Assembly: GCA_944384015.1 (NCBI GenBank)
Contig: CALWRT010000055.1
Span: 1 to 11,364 of the forward strand
DNA length: 11,364 nucleotides
Direction: 5' to 3'
Source: an uncultured Lachnospiraceae bacterium
Lineage (GTDB): Bacteria; Bacillota; Clostridia; Lachnospirales; Lachnospiraceae
Below, piece after piece: positions 6,625-11,364 of this stretch (within the stretch, counting starts at the first letter, position 1; every line of letters starts with the position of its first letter). The position numbers and the translations under genes were made by a program. The notes under the pieces are model-generated. The model was not told the origin of the DNA. It was given only the letters and a program-made list of their open reading frames with translations, and did not search any database.

Positions 6625-7227
6625 ATGAATCGAAAATTATTGTTGCTATCAGCTATTTGCGCTTTTGCGCTCACTGCCTGCGGTGTTCGGGGCGCCGCTT
6701 CTAATTCTGAGGCAGGCAAGGAAACGGCCTCCTCTTCCTCTAGCGCAGAGACGGATTCTGAGGGGACATCCGCTCCTGATAAAGAATCTGCCGCCTCAGG
6801 TACAGGGACTTCCTCAGGAACCGACGGCGCAGCCGTGGAAGTCAGTCTTGCCTCTCTTGTAGAACTGCTCGGCAAAAATGACTCCGAAGCCGTAGCTCTG
6901 CTGGGTGAGGGAACTCCAGAATATAACGGCGATGATGTTCTTCTTAGCAGAACCTATACAGCAGAACTGCTCGGCGCTCAAGCCGACCTGTCCCTATCTG
7001 TAAACCTGTATCAGTATGGGGAAAACTTGGTAGAACAATGCCGCGCAGATCTTTCTTCCGGGGATTTAGAAACTTATCGCGCCCAGCTTGCAGAACTCTT
7101 CGGTGAGCCGACCGAATCTTATGACAGCTCTTATTTCTTCCAATCCGGTACGGTGACGATTGTTCTTGCAGATCCCTATGGAGATGGTCCCTACATAGAA
7201 ATCTCCATTCCGTCTGATCAAGCATAG
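6625..7227 (+). CDS. Secreted lipoprotein of unknown function, with a Ser/Thr-rich disordered linker
   Basis: A strong AAGGAGGA RBS precedes the ATG at 6625. The signal peptide MNRKLLLLSAICAFALTAC has an L-T-A-C lipobox. An S/T/G/E-rich low-complexity segment follows, then a folded domain of about 110 aa. The track ORF starts earlier at 6451, but that start has no RBS and the signal peptide begins at the internal Met. Confidence 0.75.
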   Translation: MNRKLLLLSAICAFALTACGVRGAASNSEAGKETASSSSSAETDSEGTSAPDKESAASGTGTSSGTDGAAVEVSLASLVELLGKNDSEAVALLGEGTPEYNGDDVLLSRTYTAELLGAQADLSLSVNLYQYGENLVEQCRADLSSGDLETYRAQLAELFGEPTESYDSSYFFQSGTVTIVLADPYGDGPYIEISIPSDQA

Positions 7228-7236
7228 ATAAAACTC

Positions 7237-7262
7237 GCGCCTGCAGTGATTGCTGCAGGCGC
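7237..7262. terminator. Bidirectional intrinsic terminator hairpin between the convergent lipoprotein genes
   Basis: A perfect 10-bp inverted repeat GCGCCTGCAG / CTGCAGGCGC with a 6-nt loop (tgattg). It is flanked on the low side by AAAA (giving GAGTTTTATC on the minus transcript) and on the high side by a weaker T-containing tract (GATTTCGTT). It lies 10 nt past the plus-strand gene's stop and 54 nt past the minus-strand gene's stop. Confidence 0.5.
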
Positions 7263-7315
7263 TGACCGCTGATTTCGTTCCTATCTTATATATCCGTGTA
7301 TTGATATGCCAGCCG

Positions 7316-8017
7316 CTATTTCATAATAGCATTGCTCAGCTCAGTCTCAAACTGTCCGATATCTGACGGCAGCCACGCGACAATCTCATCGCCGCCTCCT
7401 TCTGCAATCAGGCGCTCACAGACCACTTCCATCTGCGTCTCCTGCGTGGGCTCCAGCGACACAATCTTGTCTATGTACGCAGTCATATACTCCTTCATAT
7501 AGTTCATCGTAGCTTCTGTATCTCCCGTGGCAATTGCCATCTGTGTATCTTCATCCATTCCGGCAATCATCTCTTCCTGAACTTCCAGAGCCGCATTCTC
7601 AATATCTGTCATTGCATATCCATTCGTAGTCAGCAAAACTGTTGTTTCATCACTGCTCTCGTCTGTGATCTCTGTCGTGCAGCTCAGCTTATCCAGCATC
7701 CCTTCCAGGCTGCTGCTCATATCTGCCAGTTCTTCATCCGTAAATTCGATTCCGGAAGCGATAAACTCTTCTTCCAAGGATGCTACAAAGCTGAAGCTTT
7801 CCACATCTTCCACAAAGGCCTCCATCACCGCGTCATCAGAGCTGAACCCCAGAAGGTCTTTCAGCGTAGTCGGATTCTCCTTTACCGCCAAGTCATACAA
7901 CGCGCTCACCGTTTCATCCGCTGGCGGAATCTCTTTCCCGCAGCCTGCCAGTGCAATCCCGCAAAATGCCATGACGACAGCCATACAAACAGCCGCTCTT
8001 CTCCCTAAGCGTCTCAT
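7316..8017 (-). CDS. Highly acidic lipoprotein of unknown function
   Basis: The start is taken at the internal Met (8017), preceded by an AAGGGAGA RBS. The signal peptide MRRLGRRAAVCMAVVMAFCGIALAGC has an L-A-G-C lipobox. The mature protein is about 205 aa and rich in Asp/Glu/Thr/Met. The track's longer start at 8107 lacks an RBS and sits before the signal peptide. Confidence 0.75.
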   Translation of the reverse strand: MRRLGRRAAVCMAVVMAFCGIALAGCGKEIPPADETVSALYDLAVKENPTTLKDLLGFSSDDAVMEAFVEDVESFSFVASLEEEFIASGIEFTDEELADMSSSLEGMLDKLSCTTEITDESSDETTVLLTTNGYAMTDIENAALEVQEEMIAGMDEDTQMAIATGDTEATMNYMKEYMTAYIDKIVSLEPTQETQMEVVCERLIAEGGGDEIVAWLPSDIGQFETELSNAIMK

Positions 8018-8077
8018 AATACTATTCTCCCTTCCTATTCTTTGTCTTAGCCTCTCCGGCTTATTAGATACATCAAT

Positions 8078-8108
8078 ATTATACTCCTTATCATCTATAT
8101 GTGACAAT
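8078..8108 (-). promoter_or_regulatory. Putative promoter for the minus-strand lipoprotein gene
   Basis: On the minus strand there is a perfect -10 TATAAT (plus coordinates 8078-8083). A TTGTCA -35-like hexamer lies at 8103-8108, but with a long 19-nt spacer. This would give a 5' UTR of about 50 nt to the ATG at 8017. Confidence 0.35.
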
Positions 8109-8282
8109 AAATATCTTCATAAGCATTGCATTTGGGGGAGCACAAAATATCCGGCGGACATATGCATCCTGTATCCCCTCTTCTTATCAAGCCACCTCTA
8201 CATATCCCCTGCAAAGCACTGCTGATGCCAGTGAAAACTGCTCTATGATTGTTGATTTTTTCTATACACTTCCTGTTTTTTC

Positions 8283-8313
8283 AAAAAATCACGCCGGTGC
8301 AAAAGCACCGGCG
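8283..8313 (-). terminator. Rho-independent terminator downstream of the zinc alcohol dehydrogenase gene
   Basis: A perfect 9-bp stem CGCCGGTGC / GCACCGGCG with a 4-nt AAAA loop (8292-8313). On the minus transcript it is followed immediately by TGATTTTTTG (the complement of the A-run at 8283-8288). It lies about 55 nt past the stop at 8369. A TTTTT tract on the plus side (8317-8321) makes it potentially bidirectional. Confidence 0.7.
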
Positions 8314-8368
8314 CAATTTTTGTGCAATCTCTATTATGGCTATAAAAGTAAAATGGTCTATCGGTCTG

Positions 8369-9421
8369 TCACGGTTTCAACAGAATCTTAATTCCCTCTC
8401 CATTCTCTGCTTTTGCGAATCCCCTCTCCCAATCTGTCAGAGAAAACACATCTGTCTCCACCGCTTCCGCGTTGAGCTGGCCGTTTGACATCATCTGAAG
8501 CACTTTCTCCCATCCTCTGTATCTCTGCCCATAGGAACCCGAGATCCGGATTTCATTATTTACCAACGTATTAAAGGTATTGATCGGGATCTCCCCATTC
8601 TTGAACAAAGATACGATCACAAGCTCTCCCATCTTCTTCAGGGAGACAATTGCCTGATCCAGCACTGCTCCTGCTCCGGAGCACTCAAATGCCGCATCCG
8701 CCCCTCTTCCTCTTGTCAGCTCCTTGATCTTCGCCGGTACGTCTGCTTCATCCGACAGCAGTATCTCATCCGCTCCTAATGCTTTGCCGACGGCCAGCCG
8801 CTTCTCGTCTTTGCTCATCCCGACCAGGATCGCCCGGCTTCCCGCTGCCTTTACCATCTGCAGCACCAACAGCCCGATGGTTCCCGGGCCAAAGATCACT
8901 GTTGTATCCCCCGGCTGCACTGTCGTCTTGTCGTACACCGCATGGGCTGCCACCGCCGCGGGCTCACACAGTGCCGCTTCTTTGAAGGAGACGTTCTCCG
9001 GGATCTTATGTACCAGCTCCTGGCGAATAGTTACATAATCCGCCATCGCCCCGTCTGTCTGGTATCCGATGGAGCGCTTGTGGGAGCACAGCAGGATATT
9101 CCCTGTCCGGCACTGCTCACATTTCCCGCAGTAAATTTCCGGCGTCTCCGAGACCACTCTCTCACCCACCGCGATGCCTTCTACCCCTTCTCCCACTTCC
9201 ACAACTGTGCCGCTGTACTCATGGCCGAAGGTGACCGGGATCGGGATATTCAGGCCCGGACGCATGTTCCAGTGGTAAAATTTCATGTCTGACCCGCAGA
9301 TCCCGCAGTATTCTACCTTAATCTTCACATGGCCCCTGGTTACCTCCGGTTCCGGTATATCTACAAGTTCCATACAGCCGTAGGCTGCCTTCATTTTCCT
9401 CAATGCTTTCATCGCTCTCAT
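8369..9421 (-). CDS. Zinc-dependent medium-chain alcohol dehydrogenase (2,3-butanediol / sorbitol / threonine dehydrogenase-like)
   Basis: VKIKVEYCGICGSD plus GHEYSGTVVEVGEGVEG form the catalytic-Zn motifs, with near-identity to my recollection of the B. subtilis BdhA segment VKIKVKWCGICGSD / GHEFSGEVVEVGEGVEN. CGKCEQCRTGNILLC is a structural-Zn Cys cluster. VIFGPGTIGLLVLQMVKAAG is the Rossmann GxGxxG. I chose the start at 9421 (MRAMKAL..., with AGGAGA and GGGAGGG upstream). The track's start at 9532 would overlap the upstream gene by 40 nt. Alternative starts at 9412 or 9394 are possible. Confidence 0.85.
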   Translation of the reverse strand: MRAMKALRKMKAAYGCMELVDIPEPEVTRGHVKIKVEYCGICGSDMKFYHWNMRPGLNIPIPVTFGHEYSGTVVEVGEGVEGIAVGERVVSETPEIYCGKCEQCRTGNILLCSHKRSIGYQTDGAMADYVTIRQELVHKIPENVSFKEAALCEPAAVAAHAVYDKTTVQPGDTTVIFGPGTIGLLVLQMVKAAGSRAILVGMSKDEKRLAVGKALGADEILLSDEADVPAKIKELTRGRGADAAFECSGAGAVLDQAIVSLKKMGELVIVSLFKNGEIPINTFNTLVNNEIRISGSYGQRYRGWEKVLQMMSNGQLNAEAVETDVFSLTDWERGFAKAENGEGIKILLKP

Positions 9422-9491
9422 GCCCTCCCTGTCTCCTATAGAATTTCCCTCCCCCCTGAAGAAAATTCTGTTCTGCGCAGTCATCTGCTCA

Positions 9492-10607
9492 TCAATACAG
9501 CTCTTTGTATATTTTATATACCCTCGCCTCATCCAGCGGGACGAAGTTGTTGCCCATCAGCCGCCCCTGGGTCTGCATGACGCTCGTTGTGAATTCTTTC
9601 AGGTCTTCCTCTGTCACCCCATACTCATGCAGCGCCTTCTTCGGCAGAATCTGGTTCAGCAGGTCTTCCAGGCGGTCGTAGACTTCTTCTGTCCCGCATC
9701 CCAGCAAATTCGACAGATACTCGTTCATCACCGCGATCTCCCCGTCCTGCCTGATCTCCATATAGTTCTTCAGCACTCCGGTAAACATGGCGTAGTTGCT
9801 CTCCCCGTGGGGTACGTGATACTTTCCTCCCAGCGGGTAACTCATCGCATGAACTGCCGCGCAGCCCGCTGTTCCGAATGCAAGGCCTGCATAGTTGGAG
9901 GCGATCAGGAAGTCATTCAGCAGTCCAATCCGTGCTTCCCGGCCTTCCTTCACGATTGTCTGATATCCTCGGATAATCATTTCAATCGCCTTATACCCGA
10001 ACAGCTTCGTGTATGGCGTCGCCTTCGGCGACAGGCTGGATTCCACCGCATGTACCAGCGCGTCGATGGAACTTGTGGCAAACACCCCGAATGGCAGCGT
10101 CTCCAGCAGCTGCGGAATCAACACCGCGTCATCTGCATACATAGCAGGCCCCACCAGCCCCATCTTCGTCCCAAGCCTCGTCCGGTTCAGGATCGCGATA
10201 TTGGTCACCTCACTTCCTGTCCCGCAGGTGGTCGGGATTATGACTAATTTTCTTCGCTTCGGCAGGTTCGGCGCCATATCATAGAGCTCATCTATGCTCT
10301 CATCACCAGCCACCGCCAATACTTTGGCAATGTCGATCACCGTGCCTCCTCCGATGGCGATAATCCGTTCACAGCCTGTCTTGGCGGCATCCTTCATAAT
10401 CTCCTCTGTCATCACGTCCGTCGGCTCCCCGGCTCCGTATTTCTCCTGGCAGAGCACCGCGCATTTCAGATTCATCGCCCCGAAGTACGGCTGATAGATA
10501 TATTCGTTCGTCAGTACCAGATCTTTTTCCCCCGGCTGAAATTCTTCTACAAATTCCTTGCAAGTGGCAAATCCACTTAACTGTGGCTCCCAGATAATTT
10601 CTTTCAT
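9492..10607 (-). CDS. Iron-containing (group III) alcohol dehydrogenase, 4-hydroxybutyrate dehydrogenase-like
   Basis: The GGGTVIDIAK motif sits at about residue 95. Also present are VIIPTTCGTGSEVTN and HVPHGESNY. Several segments match my recollection of Clostridium kluyveri 4HbD (LTNEFLYKPF / QEKYGLGEP / IIAVGGGSVIDIAK / C-terminal YKKLY) versus VLTNEYIYQPYF / QEKYGAGEP / IIAIGGGTVIDIAK / YKELY here. The start at 10607 (MKEIIWEP..., preceded by AAGGGATGGGAAG) is preferred over the in-frame ATGs at 10631 and 10619, which lack an RBS. Confidence 0.8.
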   Translation of the reverse strand: MKEIIWEPQLSGFATCKEFVEEFQPGEKDLVLTNEYIYQPYFGAMNLKCAVLCQEKYGAGEPTDVMTEEIMKDAAKTGCERIIAIGGGTVIDIAKVLAVAGDESIDELYDMAPNLPKRRKLVIIPTTCGTGSEVTNIAILNRTRLGTKMGLVGPAMYADDAVLIPQLLETLPFGVFATSSIDALVHAVESSLSPKATPYTKLFGYKAIEMIIRGYQTIVKEGREARIGLLNDFLIASNYAGLAFGTAGCAAVHAMSYPLGGKYHVPHGESNYAMFTGVLKNYMEIRQDGEIAVMNEYLSNLLGCGTEEVYDRLEDLLNQILPKKALHEYGVTEEDLKEFTTSVMQTQGRLMGNNFVPLDEARVYKIYKELY

Positions 10608-10809
10608 GGAACTTCCCATCCCTTCTTTCATTCTTCATGCATATCACACATAGATCTTCCTCGGCGGGAACCGCTCGGAACACTCCTTTATCTCTTTTCT
10701 GTCCGGCACGCTCCGAGTTGGTTCTCCGCCTCTCCCGTTTCTTTCACAATCTTCCTTCTCTTGCGGAAACGCCGATAAAATTGCTATTCCTTAGTCAAGC
10801 ATGGATGTC

Positions 10810-11364
10810 TTACTGCTCCTCGGCCTTCCTCTTGGCATCCTCCCGGATGTAATTGACTGCCTTTGGATCGTCCGTGAACTTGCAGGCCTCCGTCTCAACG
10901 GTAGTGATGTCGATCATGGCAGGCCCTTCCATAGCCAGCGCTGCCTTCAGCTCTTCCTCCAGCTTCTTCGGATCGTGGATGCTCACTCCCGTACAGTTCA
11001 GCCCTTTCGCCACCGTCGCGAAGTCGATCTTCTTCGTGTCCACTTCCGTGAAACGTCCATCCCAGTTCGCCGCCTCATACCACTTGATCCATCCAAGGAC
11101 GCTGTTGTTTAGCACGACGACTTTCACGTCCATCTTCTGTTCTGCAAGTACGGCCATCTCTCCTATGCAATAGCTTAAGCCGCCGTCTCCTGTGAGAACG
11201 ACAACCTTGCTTCCCGGCCTTGCCGCTGCCGCTCCGATCCCTGCCGGCAGTCCGTAGCCCAGTCCGCCCGCTCCTCTCGGAAGAATGGTTCTTCTTGTAT
11301 GGTATACGTCGAAGAACGACCCGGCCCAGCCGCAGGAAAAACTTGCGTCGCATGCCAGAATGGT
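10810..11364 (-). CDS. C-terminal (pyrophosphate-binding) portion of a TPP-dependent enzyme of the acetolactate synthase/pyruvate oxidase superfamily; the 5' end lies outside the window
   Basis: Manual translation of the minus frame from the window edge shows no stop. It reads ...LGYGLPAGIGAAAARPGSKVVVLTGDGGLSYCIGEMAVLAEQKMDVKVVVLNNSVLGWIKWYE..., which is the canonical TPP-binding GDG-x(24-27)-NN motif. The track truncated this ORF at the Met at 11157 only because no in-frame Met occurs upstream within the window. Confidence 0.85.
   Translation of the reverse strand, partial: TILACDASFSCGWAGSFFDVYHTRRTILPRGAGGLGYGLPAGIGAAAARPGSKVVVLTGDGGLSYCIGEMAVLAEQKMDVKVVVLNNSVLGWIKWYEAANWDGRFTEVDTKKIDFATVAKGLNCTGVSIHDPKKLEEELKAALAMEGPAMIDITTVETEACKFTDDPKAVNYIREDAKRKAEEQ

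Noticed and set aside
6318-6704. 128-aa plus-strand ORF spanning the pspA-lipoprotein intergenic region
   Set aside because: It runs through the promoter/RBS region and into the lipoprotein signal peptide in another frame. It has no RBS and its composition is AT-rich nonsense.
10632-10809. 178-bp spacer between the TPP enzyme and the Fe-ADH as a possible riboswitch or internal promoter
   Set aside because: Only a weak 6-bp stem (ctcgga/tccgag with a >30-nt loop) was found. A TTGACT hexamer lacks a correctly spaced -10. There is no recognisable riboswitch core, so it is treated as an ordinary intergenic leader.
1-11364. tRNA, rRNA, CRISPR repeats, insertion-sequence inverted repeats, integrase or transposase signatures
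   Set aside because: None seen. The intergenic regions are short and lack tRNA-like conserved arms. No spaced direct repeats and no transposase-like ORFs were found on either strand.

Overview
The window looks like a moderately GC-rich (roughly mid-50s %) Firmicutes/Clostridia-type chromosome segment. That placement is an inference from AGGAGG-type ribosome-binding sites (RBS), lipobox lipoproteins and the gene families present. Almost all genes run on the minus strand. Reading minus-strand transcription from the right edge: (i) the 3' end of a thiamine-pyrophosphate (TPP)-dependent enzyme (GDGG...NN motif visible), an iron-containing alcohol dehydrogenase that closely matches my recollection of Clostridium kluyveri 4-hydroxybutyrate dehydrogenase, and a zinc medium-chain alcohol dehydrogenase similar to B. 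subtilis butanediol dehydrogenase BdhA (also resembles sorbitol dehydrogenase), ending in a clean rho-independent terminator; (ii) two convergent Ser/Asp/Glu-rich lipoprotein genes sharing a bidirectional hairpin terminator; (iii) a tightly coupled three-gene operon of PspA/IM30, a double zinc-ribbon membrane-anchored protein, and an SPFH (band-7) protein with a C-terminal zinc ribbon, resembling the B. subtilis pspA-ydjGHI module but lacking a separate ydjH; (iv) a 1047-aa single ORF fusing a complete endonuclease Q-like nuclease (PHP fold plus a four-Cys zinc finger) to a UvrD/PcrA-type SF1 helicase carrying all canonical motifs; (v) the first codons of a further minus-strand gene at the left edge. 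No tRNA, rRNA, CRISPR array or obvious mobile element was seen. The long plus-strand ORFs lying over these genes are antisense artefacts. The most interesting items are the EndoQ-helicase fusion and the reduced architecture of the PspA/SPFH membrane-stress operon.
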